Shown here: positions 1 through 12,975 of the stretch, in pieces
Layout: the number at the start of each line of letters is the position of its first letter
Position numbering within the stretch: the first letter of the stretch is position 1
From: Somniosus microcephalus
Lineage: Eukaryota
Assembly: GCA_052327205.1 (NCBI GenBank)
Contig: CM126207.1
Span: forward strand, 248,930,001-248,994,000
Direction: 5' to 3'
Length of the DNA: 64,000 bases
Position numbers and translations under genes: made by a program
Notes under the pieces: model-generated
Seen by the model: the letters and a program-made list of their open reading frames with translations, nothing else
Database searches by the model: none
What the model was told of the DNA's origin: nothing

Positions 1-497
1 TGTAAGACCATTTGCAACTGAAGTAGAAAAGAACAGTTGATCCCAGTCGGACCAAGCTGGCGTGTACTTCCACAGACAGCTCTGTCCCCACTCGTGTCGA
101 GATTCCTGGCTCCTTATTCTGTTGTATCTCTGCCTGGTGCAGTTCTAATTCGGGCTACTTCTAAAATCCATAAAACTTTTCATTGTTTCTCATGTTAATA
201 ATATTTCAGAACTCCCAACAGCCACTTGGTAAAAAAAAGCAGGTTATTGGAAAGTGATTGTCACGCTATTTTTCCTGCACTCTATCCTTCACTTGTGTAT
301 GTCTTATGGGTCAGAAGTTAGTAACAGGGTGATATGTTGTTTAAAATTTGATAATATAGCCTCTCAATGTGTCGGTATCAATACATTGCACATGAAATAA
401 TGGCCTAATACCGGCTAAATGACACAATACAGCAGCCAGTTCAAACAAAAGCATCCAGTATTCAATGAAATCCTAACAGTGGCTTGAAAATTGGAAG

Positions 498-1722
498 TTT
501 TTTTTAATTCATTGATGGGATGTGGGCGTCGCTGGCTAGGCCTGCATTTAGTGCCCATCCCTAATTGCCCTTGAGAAGATGGTGGTGAGCCGTCTTCTTG
601 AACCGCTGCAGTCCATATGGTGTAGGTACACTCACAATGCTGTTAGGAAGGGAGTTCCAGGATTTTGGCCCAGCGACAGTGAAGGAACGACGATACAGGT
701 CCAAGTCAGGATGGTGTGTGGCTTGGAGGGGAACTTGTAGGTGGTGATGTTCCCATGCGTCTGCTGCCCTTGTCCTTCTAAGTGGTAGAGGTCGCGGGTT
801 TGGAAGGTGCTGTTGAAGGAGCTTTGGCGAGTTGCTGCAGTGCATCTTGTAGATGGTACACACTGCAGCCACAGTGCGCCGGTGGTGGAGGGAGTGAATG
901 TTGAAGGTGGTGGATGGAGTGCCAATCAAGCGGGCTGCTTTATCCTGAATGGTGTCGAGCTTCTTGAGTGTTGTTGGAGCTGCACTCATCCAGGCAAGTG
1001 GAGAGTATTCCATCACACTCCTGACTTGTGCCTTGTAGATGGTGGAAAGGCTTTGGGGAGTCAGGAGGTGAGACACTCGCCGCAGAATTCCCAGCCTCTG
1101 GCCTGCTCTTGTAGCCACAGTATTTATATGGCTGGTCCAGTTCAGTTTCTGATCAATGGTAACCCCCAGGATGTTGATAGTGGGGGATTCAGCGATGGTA
1201 ATGCCATTGAATGTCAAGGGGAGATGGTTAGAGTCTCGCTTGTTGGAGATGGTCATTGCCTGGCACTTGTGTGGTGCGAATGTTACTTGCCACTTGTCAG
1301 CCCAAGTCTGAATGTTGTCCAGGTCTTGCTGCATATGGACACGGACTGCGTCAGTATCTGACGAGTGTCGAATGGTGCTGAACAGTGTGCAATCATCAGC
1401 GAACATCCCCACTTCTGACCTTATGATGGAGGGAAGGTCATTGATGAAACAGCTGAAGATGGTTGGGCCTAGGACACTGCCCTGAGGAACTCCTGCAGTG
1501 ATGTCATGTGATTGAGATGAATGACCTCCAACAACCACAGCCAACTTCCTTTGTGCTAGGTATGATTCCAACCAATGGAGAGTTTTCCCCTTGATTCCCA
1601 TTGACTTCAGTTTTGCTAAGGCTCCTTGATGCCACACTCGATCAAATGCTGCCTTGATGTCAAGGACAGTCACTCTCACCTCACCTCTTGAGTTCAGCTC
1701 TTTTGTCCATGTTTGGACCAAG
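498..1722 (-). mobile_element. 5'-truncated non-LTR retrotransposon (CR1/L2-group LINE): 3' part of ORF2, 3' UTR and short A-tail
   Basis: Uninterrupted RT ORF at 561-1721 and a T-run at 498-505 (A-tail on the minus strand). The same family recurs at 28446-29125. Confidence 0.93.
561..1721 (-). CDS. Partial LINE reverse transcriptase (RT core and C-terminus, no endonuclease), 386 aa
   Basis: Motifs LDIKAAFDRVWH, GVPQGSVLGP, FINDL, MFADD, LGVTID and SWNSLP. The ORF begins at the truncation point, so it is not a functional gene. Confidence 0.9.
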   Translation of the reverse strand: MVQTWTKELNSRGEVRVTVLDIKAAFDRVWHQGALAKLKSMGIKGKTLHWLESYLAQRKLAVVVGGHSSQSHDITAGVPQGSVLGPTIFSCFINDLPSIIRSEVGMFADDCTLFSTIRHSSDTDAVRVHMQQDLDNIQTWADKWQVTFAPHKCQAMTISNKRDSNHLPLTFNGITIAESPTINILGVTIDQKLNWTSHINTVATRAGQRLGILRRVSHLLTPQSLSTIYKAQVRSVMEYSPLAWMSAAPTTLKKLDTIQDKAARLIGTPSTTFNIHSLHHRRTVAAVCTIYKMHCSNSPKLLQQHLPNPRPLPLRRTRAADAWEHHHLQVPLQATHHPDLDLYRRSFTVAGPKSWNSLPNSIVSVPTPYGLQRFKKTAHHHLLKGN

Positions 1723-2361
1723 TCTGAATGTACTGGGAGAACACTTTCTTTGCAAAACGAATGGAATTTCAGAATAAGACTGGAATGTGGCTAGGAATGA
1801 AAACATACAATGTGACTAATAGTAATAAAGGTGACTAAATGTGGATTCACGGTCAGTGCTTTGATGCCCGTTGAGTTGAGGTACTCGGCATCTCTCTGGG
1901 GCAGGTAAGGTGTGGGTCAGAAGGAATCAAAAAACAGCCATCATACTTTCCTGGCTCTGTTTGAACCTGGAACTCCAATCAGATTGAATATGCTTGTCTG
2001 CTGGCCAACACAAATTGGACAGAATTCAACTCCAAATGATGCCAGTGTGCATTAAAATGGTTCCAAGTTCACCTGGGTGAGAACAATGTCACAGTAAAAC
2101 AAAACGTTACCAAGCCAGGCACAAGCGGTGTGCCCTATGTTAAGCTGAGAATTTATGCATAATATAAAACTGTCAACTGAAAGTCCAAGTGATGGCATAA
2201 ACCAAGGATGTGAACACAATACAAAAAGCTGGAAAAAGAACCACCGAAGCTGATCCGCTCCAGCTTTAGCAGTACTCACAATCTAGGGAGGAGCTACTCT
2301 CAAGATCTCCAGAGACACAAAGGACTTGAAAATGATTAAATACATTTGAAACACTGAAACA

Positions 2362-4054
2362 TATGGGGCGGGGGGGACAACAGGTCGGTACCTCGCTGTC
2401 AACCCACCGCCACGCGCCTTTCCCAAATGTCAGGTCTGTCAGCACTGAGCAGACCCGACATGCAGTGGCGGGGGAGGCAATTAAGGTCATTATGACCTTG
2501 TTAACACAGCATTAAGAACTATTTTCAGCTCACCTTCAGAGTTTACCAGCTTGCCCATGGGGTCCACGCTGCACGGGGATCATGTCGGGTAAGCAGGGCG
2601 GGAGTTGAATGGCCATGGAATCATCTCATTACTTGACAGCTGCAAATGTGCTATAAAAGCTCCCATTTCACAGCTGTTCACTTTCCAAGCTCAGAGCTGT
2701 TGCTTACTGCATTTGGAAGACAGATTGAGCTTTATGCAAGTTGCAAGTGTTTGGAGCAAACTCTGTATCCAGTGTCACCTCATTGGAACAACCTCTCTCA
2801 CGACTGACAGATCGCTTCTGTCATCTCAAGTTCACCTGCTATCGATTGCATTAGAATGGGTACGGTTTATACTGTCTCACCTTGGTCCTCAGAATTCCAC
2901 CACCAGCAGCACCAGGCACACCAGCAGCATCAACACCACCAACCTTCTCCACAATCAACTGATGCTGCACAGGACACAGGGCATCAGCACCCGACCACAT
3001 TGCTGCCGTCCCGGGGAGGCCTCATCATGGCCACATTTACTTCACTTGATGCTGCATGATGCGCCAGGTTGGCACCATCCCACACCAACACCATAAAGCA
3101 TCCCTACAATGCCCAAGCCATTCCTTTCACACTCATCAGCATTGCAGGGGGTACTGTTATGTCTCATCATTCACTGCAACTCACTAAGCCACTTCCAAAG
3201 GTGCACACAAATCTGTCCAAGAACGCAAAGTGTTCAAAATAAGGGTTTCAATGTTTGACACCACATTAACAGAAACTTTACATGAACGTTGCATAAAACA
3301 CCCAAGTGCCTACCCTTGTGTGTTGTTACTTGGTATGATTGCACTAGGATGAGTGTGAGTGTGAGGGGTGGCTAGTGAGATGGGGAAGTGATAACATAGA
3401 TAGAGAGGGATGGGTGGAGGTGCAAGGTAAGTTGGTGTGAGTAAGGATGTGCAGGAGTAGGGTAGGGAAGGCACAATGATGGGGATGTGATGAGTGGCAC
3501 AGCAGGATGAGATTGAACGTGGCTTTGCAGTAACGTTTCTTGATCTATTGGGATCAATGAAAGGTTTACGCCACTGCAGCCTGGTCCTCCTGATGACATC
3601 CCTGCTTGTGTCCTCCTGTGCAATGCGCAACCAGGCTGCGTTGGTCTCCTGGGGAGGTCTCTTCTGCCCATTGGAAGGGAAGAGAACCTCCCTTTGTGCT
3701 GTGACTCCCTCCATAAGCATATGGAGGGAGTCATAGGAGAGCCTAGGTGCAGCCGTGCACCTCTGTGCAGTCATTGTCAGTGTTTGCAGCACTTCAATGC
3801 TGTAGAACACTGACAGCAATAATGTCAAAATCAATTTGCGCATGGTCCCTTTAAGGAAACTGGCTGATGACATGTCATCAAATGACATCATCACACTAGC
3901 TTCCTCTAATTGGCTGGCAAACGCGCTGGGTGGGCTTAACAAGGCCAATCAGGGGAAAATCATTTTGGACAGCGGGATGAAATCAGCAGTGAGGCCGGGA
4001 CCCGCCGCTGATGTCACCCTTCACAGACCCGCCGAGGTTGGTAACATCCAGCCC
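2362..4054. mobile_element. Internally deleted PIF/Harbinger-type DNA transposon
   Basis: GC/CpG-rich subterminal regions. The right end (...aacatccagccc) matches the TIR type at 19699-19712. It contains a Myb/SANT-like remnant on the minus strand. The left TIR is degraded, so that boundary is approximate. Confidence 0.7.
3535..3774 (-). pseudogene. Decayed Myb/SANT-like (NAIF1/MSANTD-type) DNA-binding domain of the Harbinger accessory ORF
   Basis: The translation APRLSYDSLHMLMEGVTAQREVLFPSNGQKRPPQETNAAWLRIAQE...RRTRLQWRKPFID fits the pattern 'PRFS..L..L......VLF......AW..IA..V......R...QCRKRF.D'. Confidence 0.75.
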
Positions 4055-4867
4055 ATAATGTTTGCTTCAGTAAACAATAGACTATACAACAGCAACCTGC
4101 ATTTATATAGAGCCTTTAGCATATTGAGCTACCTAAGGAACTTAACATACTGTACTGTTGTGTTGTTAATTAGAAACTTACTGATAATTTTGTAAATTTC
4201 TTATTACTGTTTTGCACAACCACTTCTGAATTTGAGTTTGTGCATATTAAAGCCAGTCGCTGCATTGTCTTACACAGTACATTGATGCAATGCTGCCTCA
4301 TCCTATTGTGCTTCACTCACAAGCCTCACAGGTCTCAAACTGCTTTAGTTATTTTATCCCACCAGTCCAAAGATAGATACGGAAAAGTTGAACTTGTGGT
4401 CTTACACCAAACCCAGTTACTATTATGACTCAGTAGCAGGCCATTTCCAGATGCTAAGCTGATGAGGTTATACAGCTCCCTCTTTGAATCTCTAGTAGTA
4501 GATGTGAAGGATACATCAGTTGCCAGGCCCTACATTTCAGGCCTCAATAGTAATGCTGCAAAAATGTGTTCATGTCAGTAAAAGCCCCAGAACGTGTTTT
4601 TAACTGACCAGGCTCACACCTTGAAGAAGATAGTTTCCAAAATCAGCCCATATTTACTGGTTCTGCTTTACTACTTTGTTAAAGAATCTAGCTGCAGATA
4701 GACTCATGGGAGGCAGATAGCTTTTTAAACACCATTCAATTAAGTATCACTGTTCAATTAAATCAGCTTCCACGTACAGTATTTCTCAGCAAAGGGGCTT
4801 TTCCTACATGCACTTGAACTAACGCTTAACTGCAACAGTTACATTAAGGCATGAAAATCCCATTTAC

Positions 4868-4981
4868 CTGTTGTTCTTCGATAAACTGTCCAGTCCACAA
4901 AATGAGATTCAGATATTATGGTCAACATTCACTCTCCGTGTGTGTAGAGAGGATTTGATTCTGTTTATGGGTGCATCCTTT
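4868..4981 (-). other. Candidate non-coding (5' UTR) exon of the minus-strand gene
   Basis: Good donor CAG|GTAAAT but only a weak acceptor (tttttaaactaaag|). All three frames contain a stop. Splice-motif evidence only. Confidence 0.25.
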
Positions 4982-5559
4982 CTTTAGTTTAAAAATACAC
5001 AGGTACGCTATATAAAAGATACAATGAATATGTACTATTAATTTACAATGGCCATAGATGGTGCTAATTAATGGAGGTCAAAATGGATCATTACAAACAG
5101 TTACGTTTTTGTATTTCAAATAGGTGGGAATCTACAACACATGTTTTCTAAAATAAAGTATGAAGAATGGGACACACAGAAACTGCAAAGTATAGGCACT
5201 GTGAATAAACTCCAAAGTCCAGAGGTGCAACTACGTATAAAGACTTAAGAGGGGTGGTCATAGGAAATTTGGGGATTTGGAGTGGGTAAGTGGAGGCGAA
5301 GAGAAAGAGGTAGGTGTAATCCGTGCATCTATGCTAGAGTTCAATGCAGAATAAGTCTTTACACTGATCACTGTTTATGGAAATAGTGTTACTCTAAGTA
5401 CTTTCCTTTAAGTTTACAATTTATAGGAAGGGCTACATTTGATTACTTGAATGAGGAAGATGCCCCAATCAACAAGTGACAATCATCAGAAGTGGGTTAT
5501 AAAAAATATTTAAAAAAAAAAAAAAGTCTGTTATGTCACAAACAGTGACGTTGCTCTTG

Positions 5560-5729
5560 AATTACAAAAGCTAGGTGGATTGACAGGGACACTGGCCTTA
5601 GTCATCGTGATCCCCTAGAGTGTGTTTGATCGCCCACGGGGGTCAGAGAGGAATTTCCCAGTGTTTTTTCCTAAATTTTCCAATGTTTTTCTGTTTCTTT
5701 TTGTTACCTATCACAGGAGATTGCATGCG

Positions 5730-5761
<32 letters not shown>

Positions 5762-5860
5762 TTAGAGAACATGGTGTGAGCAGGTTGCACCATATGGTGC
5801 GGGACAGGCTTGATGAACCAGCTGGTCTTTTCCCATCCTCTTTTTTATGCGTTCATAATT
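5560..5860 (+). mobile_element. Old CR1-type 3' end fragment with an internal (GT)n(GA)n microsatellite
   Basis: Sequences 'aagctaggtggattgacagggac' and 'gggacaggcttgatgaaccagctggtcttttcc' resemble CR1 3' ends. (GA)n lies at about 5737-5760. Confidence 0.5.
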
Positions 5861-6449
5861 AAGATATCCATCATAACCAAATCAAGAAGGTTGATTACCC
5901 TAACAAAATACACACTGCAGGAAGGGCAATATTATTAATATTCTTGTGCTGGATAAGTGCTCCACTCTGTAGGGATACTGGTTTGACCTGGGTACCACCA
6001 CACAGAAGAATTTCCACTCAGAATGGTTGAAAAATGCCCAACATCAAGTTTCTAAAACAAAAAGGCTACGGATAACTTCTACTATTTGCAAGGTATTTGT
6101 ATCTATTGCTACATCACAAGTTGACTGCCGGCAGCACAATGCTCTTACAGCTTATGGATATGTCATTGTTTCAGGGCGTTCAGATTTTACTCGCTGTTGG
6201 CACAGATATTGAACTGTTCATTCTGCAAACTAGAAAAATCATTTGGAAAAAGACAAATCACTAAATGGGCAAGAGCTAAACAGAAAATGGTAAATAATGC
6301 TTGACTTTGGAAAAGTTGAAGCATCTGGAGTACAATTTGCATAAACCATGCGCCAAACTCAAGTAACTCATTAAGAAAACAAATGGAAGAATCTGATCAG
6401 ATATTATATTGGAATTTGTTCCTGTATCCAACACAATGACAACATTTTA

Positions 6450-6501
6450 GCTGAGTGTGGCATCACAAGGACATTTACTGCCTTGTGATGCCACACTTAG
6501 C
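6450..6501. repeat. Inverted repeat with 21-bp arms and a 10-nt loop
   Basis: gctgagtgtggcatcacaagg / ccttgtgatgccacacttagc pair at 20 of 21 positions, with the remaining one a G-T pair. Confidence 0.95.
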
Positions 6502-7710
6502 CATGTTATCAAATGAACCTGATTAGACAAAAGGTTACTTTTGTTGTCACCTTTGTATTGTGAGTGCTGTAAATGACAGGCGTATGTAATGCAGGATCTT
6601 ATGAGAACAAAAATAAGGAATCAAAGTCAAGTGATGTATCACCTCACTGTGTCCAGAGGATTGGTTGAGAGATACATCTCACTGTGCACATTGAACCAAC
6701 ATAAAATGGCACGTGTAGGAATGTATCTACATTTTAAAAGCCATTCATTATGATCAATCTAGGAGCTGACTTTTCTTTAAACTACTGCTCAAGTATGAAG
6801 GAACAAAATACTGCTGCTTTTGAAAAATAATTGGAAGGAAAATGGGCTGTAATGGTAATTTGTTACCCAATGGGTTAACCAACAGTACTACACAGGTTCC
6901 TTGTTAAAATGACCTCTATTAATTCAGAAGCTCTCATTAATCCACAAAATGTTCAACTGATACCGGTGTCATTTCTACTGTATATGGGACTTATTTAGTC
7001 AACATACTTGTTCAATTTACTTCAACAAATGTGGTCCGATTGTAAATCATCGCTGCACTTACATTTTAATGAGCAATGAATATTAATGAATTAGTTATCC
7101 CACACCTATAAAGCAACTTTTTAAGACTACTCCAGAAGCTGTACCATCTCTTCCAAGTTCCCATTACAAAATCAAGGTTCGCCTGTGAGGTTTTACAAGA
7201 AACTTAGAGTAACATGGAAACATCAGAACGAAACATAAAAGTTAAATAAATAAATAAATGACTTTGGACACAGCAAGACCACCTTAAGGTTTCAGTTATA
7301 TATTCCATTTATTAGTAGGTTATAGACTGGTTTCCCTGAGCTGCCTGTCAAGCTGTCAGAATGAGATGGGCCCCAGGCTTACTACATTTGCTAGTGAGAG
7401 CTGAACAATCACCTGAATGGAAGTGGCGCTCTGCCTATCCTTTGTTTGCCCTAGGCCCACTTCTCTTTGCCAATGTTTGCTGCACCTGAGTACTTGTAAC
7501 CTGTACCACAGACTAAAATAGGATTTGGCACGGGGCCTACTTCAGTACAGCGCCTGGCTCAGAAAGTCGTTTCTTGTACCTTTGTACAGAAATAACGATC
7601 AAGAATGTTAGAAACCCTTTAGATGTATTGAAAATGTGTACCGTGGCTCAGTAAAAGCACAGGCACTTCTAATAATGTTGCAGGCCTTGATTGTTTTGTG
7701 TCACAATAGA

Positions 7711-7795
7711 CAACAACAACAACAATTTGTATTTATATAGCGCCTTTAATGTAGTAAAACATCCCAAGGCGCTTCACAGGAGTATTATAAGACAA
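7711..7795 (-). mobile_element. L2/SINE 3' tail fragment
   Basis: (CAA)n followed by tttgtatttatatagcgcctttaat...catcccaaggcgcttcacagg, the reverse complement of the tail shared by the SINE and L2 copies in this window. Confidence 0.75.
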
Positions 7796-10700
7796 AGTGT
7801 AAAATTGTTATTCCCCACCCCCCCACCCCACCCCACCATGTACCCACAAGGCAGTTTCTTCTTTGAAGATACACAGCTGATCGTCACTTTTCAAATTGGT
7901 CACAAATGTTTGAAGCCTAGAAATGAGTATTTCTGGGCACTGCCACACCATTGAATGAGTACCAATACAGACAGATGGTCAGATAAATGCAATAGCATTA
8001 AAATGGAACAGAGCTGCCATTCTTCTTGTCATGACAAAATGATGATTACTAACTGAGGAATTTGTTTATGTAACCTGAATTCACCACCCTTTCCAGCTGG
8101 AGAAAAAGGAAGACATACGAGGATACTTGGCATCACATTGCAAGACTGACAACAACAAGCACAAACTGGCTACTGAATTCACACAATTTGGCAGCAAGTC
8201 AAAATATGTCGTTACACTTCTGTGTGGTAGAAAAATTAAATGTAGTGCATTTATGAATATTTGATTTGCCAACCTCAGCACAGGTTGTGGCTTATAAGAA
8301 GTCGACTTCCGACAAAATACATACCTTTGTTCTTCAATACTGTAACAATACACGAGAGGTTTAGGTGGGATAATGATTATATGCCAGAATATAATTTTTG
8401 ATTTATTTTAAGGATTTTTACATATCTGTTTAAGTTACGAATCTGGGTGATAAATGGTCTTTCACAGGTTATAAAATAGACCATCTTTTTCCACTGAAAA
8501 ACAAACTTCCTGTGTAAATATGGAGGTTAGTTTAGGGAAATCATATGAGGGAAACTGTGGCCAACCTCCCTGCAATTCCTAGTTGAAAGAATTTTAAATC
8601 CCATATGGTGAATAAAAAGCAGAACTTTCAGGGCCACTTGGGTTGTATGAGGCTGAACTGAAAGTTTTTCTGAGGGTTGACCACATGAGCAATGGTTGTT
8701 TCATGGACCAGTGAAGTCATGTTTTCACTGTGACCCCAGTTTCACTTCCTTATTTCTTTGCTTTCCTCTTCAGTTGTTCCATTTGCCACAAGCCAGAAAT
8801 GCAGGCCTGGAAATATAATCATTCACAAGAAAACTGCTGTGATTTTGCAATGTATTTTCCTCTGGTTAAAAATTGCATGACCACATCCTTACTAAGAAAA
8901 GAGAAAAAGAAAATCAGGAGAATGTGCAAAGGACAACAAGGGAACCAAACAGATCCAGGAGGCAAAAAGAGAGTCCCTATAAATTAGTCTTTGGTGAGAT
9001 ACCATACAGCATGTGAAGTTATTTAATGGGATATAGAGTTCAGAACTGTAAGAGTTAAAGGGCACATTTTGAACTGCCTCATAGTAAAGGTCAACCCAAT
9101 ACTCCCAGATGTGAACTCATGCACACAATCAATATGTGATGCTAACATCTGTGCATTTTGTTTACCAACCTTCTCAAACCATGTGAAATATCATCTTTCC
9201 TTCTCTCAAACAACCTCTCCAACCCTGGCTAAGTGTTTCTTCTGTCGATCACATGTGCAAGAGGCACTCACTATCCTTCTGGCCTGCATGTGTTACATGG
9301 AATCTTCCCGTTTGTACAGAAAATAGTATGCTCAGAAATAAAGCAAGCAACACAAATGGCATTTTAGCCTAAATTTTTCAATCATACAGGCAGTCTGTCA
9401 TCAGTGTATCAGTGGCAGCCAATCTGCAATTATCCAATACGCACTGGCGGCGAGTGAGGTATCTCATCACTGGCACATACTCTAAATATTTGTTCTTTAA
9501 ATTAACCTTAGATGAAATTCTTCCTTCTTCAGGATCATGCTTTGCAGAGGCTCCTATTCTACAACATTGCATTATTATCTCTGCTAAAGTCACTTCCCTC
9601 TTAAAACCAGTTTCCTAGAAGAAAAGTTCAGTTGATTTCATCTGCAATTAACCATGTAATTATCACTTCGTCTCCAATGAATCTAGAGGATTGCTCACTG
9701 TACCTTGTGTCAAAATGGCCATGCGCAAGGCTTGCAACAGCAGGTGGTCAATATACAGTGTGACCTGTCTGTATTCCAGCTTTGGAATGGACATCATGCA
9801 GACTTTGTCAAGGTGCCTTGCTACATGATCTAGCCAAATGTTCTTGTTTGCTGTTGGGACAGATACTAGGTGGTCTGCCCCAGGAGGTCTTTGTGACAGG
9901 TTTTACTATACAAATTAGAGCGCTGATAAAGCCAACTCCCCTATGCCAAATAAAAGTTGACCTTGCCAAGGTTTTGATGTGATCTAGGGCAAAAGTGCAT
10001 TAAAGTAAAGCAATTAGACTCAAGATTTGATCCTCCTATAGTTGATGTTCATTGGGTGCCGCTGAAGCACACAGATGGAATGGTGGTCTCAGAAGTCTGA
10101 AGGTTCACCTGGTTTAAACCCCTCAGTGAACAGAGTTCCTCAGGTTGGCACAGTTGGCAGCCAACTGCTTTTTATGGCCAGTTTTATCTAAGCTTCATAT
10201 AAAACTTCTATACAAGTGCAATCTTATTTGAAACTCTTTTCAACTGATTTATTCAAAACAAAGATGTGCTTGGTCACTGAAAACTCAAAAGTAATTTGAA
10301 CTTCAAAAAATTCCAGTATTTTAACTCAATGTTACATATTTATTATTTCAAGCAAAAAATGAGAACCCAGAATTGAGGGGAGGTGGAAAAATGTAAGCAT
10401 AGCCTAAAGAAATGTAATGCAATATAGCACATAGTGTGAAGGTCTGTATAGATAATATACATGTATATGGTAAACAGTAATGAAATACTGAACTGAAACA
10501 AGCTTTTCTGTTAATAATGTTTTAGAAGGGATGTTACCCGTCAACTGCTATGCAATTATTGCTACGTAACATTTTGTACATACACTGTGCCAGAGTTCAA
10601 TAATCATCATAATAGTCCTTGCCAGATTAGGAAAGAAATATATTTTTTCAAACTAGCTACCATTTTCCTACTTGCTTCAAGAGATTCTGAACACATAAAA

Positions 10701-12769
10701 CACCTTCAGATGCAACACTTGACAAAAACAATTATGTGATGCATATGGCAGAAAAACAGTAAACGTACTGCCTTAAGTCACACACTTGCACCGTCTTATC
10801 GAAAAGTCAATCTCCCTCTGTCCCCTCACTCTAAGACAACATCACAGCAAGCAAGCTGATCTGGAAGATAGAGAAACAGTGGGGAATCCGTTCTGGGAAC
10901 TGATTTCACCCGTGAATTTCCTGTCTGGCCCAGGTCAGAAAGATCAAAGACCTCCACAAAATGATAAGACAACCCTTCATGGGTCTTACTGCCACAAGAA
11001 TGAGACTGGGTTTTACCTCACTTTCATGACATTTAACGTCAAGAGCGATTAAAAGTGACCCTGGTGGATTAAGATGATACTCTAAGAGGCATCACAACTC
11101 AGGATTGTAATGCTTGCATTTCAAATAGGAACAGACATTCAATCTTCAGTCTAATACTTCAGCAATCCACATGCACAGAGTATTACAGTAGAAATTTAAA
11201 ATAATACACGTAATTGTGTCGACTACTGGACTGTGCTATTTGTTACTCCCAATAGTTGTTCCAGGCCCAGTTTATTTAACCGTGATCCCTCAGTCATTAG
11301 CACTGGAGTAGGGAGAAAGCAAAACCTGCCACATCACAAGGGCTGAAGTAGACAAAATGCATGTTCATTTTTTTGGATAGTTTTCTTATTTTGTAATTGG
11401 TAAAGCAGCATATTTGGCAATATAAGCCAAAAACAGTGGAGCTTTGGTACAAGTTTGGATGACCACACTGCTCACCCATAGCTGGTACATAATATGAGAT
11501 CAAACTTTATCCTTTTTAACGTCAGATAAATGAACAGGTTTGCCCGCAGAAAGTACTGCAAAGCAGTGTTTTTTTTTTAATCTGTTACTTGTAGAATGAA
11601 AGGGGCCTTGCTGTGTTGGGCGCAAGGTATTTTGGTTTATATGAAACTGGAAATTTGCTGTTGATGGTATGTTTCTCGTTTACCAACCAGCTTTTGGAAT
11701 TCTGCAAAGCGAAGGCACATGTTATTTAACTGCTGTTCAGCTTTTAAGGTCACAGAATTTGAAGACAAATTCCAAAAGCTAGCTGATAAACAAGTAATTG
11801 AGAATTTCCCTGTAAAACAGTTGTGTGTTTACAGGTCAACAATAGCACAGAAACTAGTTGGTAAACTAAAGGGCAGAGTTTGTTAACTGCAGATGTTACC
11901 AAATGTCAAAAAGTAATTAGACTGCACCACTGATTTTCCATCCGAAATGCAGGTCGACAAACAGTCATTATCATCTTTATGAAAATTAGACTGGTGCAGT
12001 GCTCGGAAAGCACAGCCTAGCTCTATGTAATCTTTTTACTAAATATTAAAATTAATTTCAAGGGGACTGTTTGGCTGCACAGAAAGAATGACTCAGAGAG
12101 GGGGGTAAGGAGACAATAGACCCTGGTGTCACAAGTAGTACTTCATTAATTCAGAGGATGCTACTCTCTGTTATGTGGTTCCTATCTAATCTTTTCAAAA
12201 TCATCAGCGATATTATCAGCTTCCCTAAGGGAGGGGGTAGTTCACACTCAGCCTCCCTCCAGCCAGCATGTTAGTAGTGAGTAGCAGACATGGTTACTGG
12301 CTAGCTAAACTCCATATCCACTGATCCTCCGCAAAATCATCACACACCGCACATAATCCAGTACAGCAGATTCTACACATGCTTTATTTTTTTTTTCCTT
12401 GGGATTTTCATGTCTCAAAACAGGTACATGAAGCTGTGAAAAAAATAAGTAAATTAATCAGCAGCAGCAAATTCAATCGACCTAAATTAAATGGTGACTT
12501 GCAGTTCCCTGCAGATTTAATGCCCAAGTGGCGTTGGGAGAAATGACAGGGAGAGTGACAAGAAACACAATCAGAGAAAGAGCACCAGCTCAGATCTTTC
12601 CCACCCAGCTATTGGCATTTGACTCTTGTGGCATCCATTGAGACCTGGGAGCAGGTCACCCAGCTGCTCGTTTGATTGGAAGGGGAGAGGATAAAACAAA
12701 ATGTGTGCAGAATTAAAAACAATAACTTTACTGAATTACCAAACAAGGAATAAATGGATGGAAACAGCA

Positions 12770-12975
12770 CTGCAAATGTTAAAAATCTGAAATAAAAACA
12801 TAAAAAGGTAGAAATACACAGCAGTTCTGTCAAAATTTAAACAAAAAAGATAGGCTCTTGTTACAGGGAAGACTGTCCTATTGAAGGGTCTCGACCTGAA
12901 AGATGAACCCATTTCTTTTTTAGATGTTGATAAATTGTGGTGTATTTCAATAATTTTCTGTTTGTATTTGATTTA
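12770..12975. mobile_element. Decayed palindromic repeat made of two inverted arms of a Penelope-like terminal repeat
   Basis: The left arm aaatctgaaataaaaacataaaa...gaaatacac is complementary to the right arm gtgtatttc...ttttctgtttgtatttgattt. The centre is gaagggtctcgacctgaaa. It is related to 28040-28165 and 60940-61040. Confidence 0.5.

Noticed and set aside
807-1361. 184-aa plus-strand ORF and other ORFs overlapping LINEs
   Set aside because: These are antisense or alternate-frame shadows of the RT sequence.
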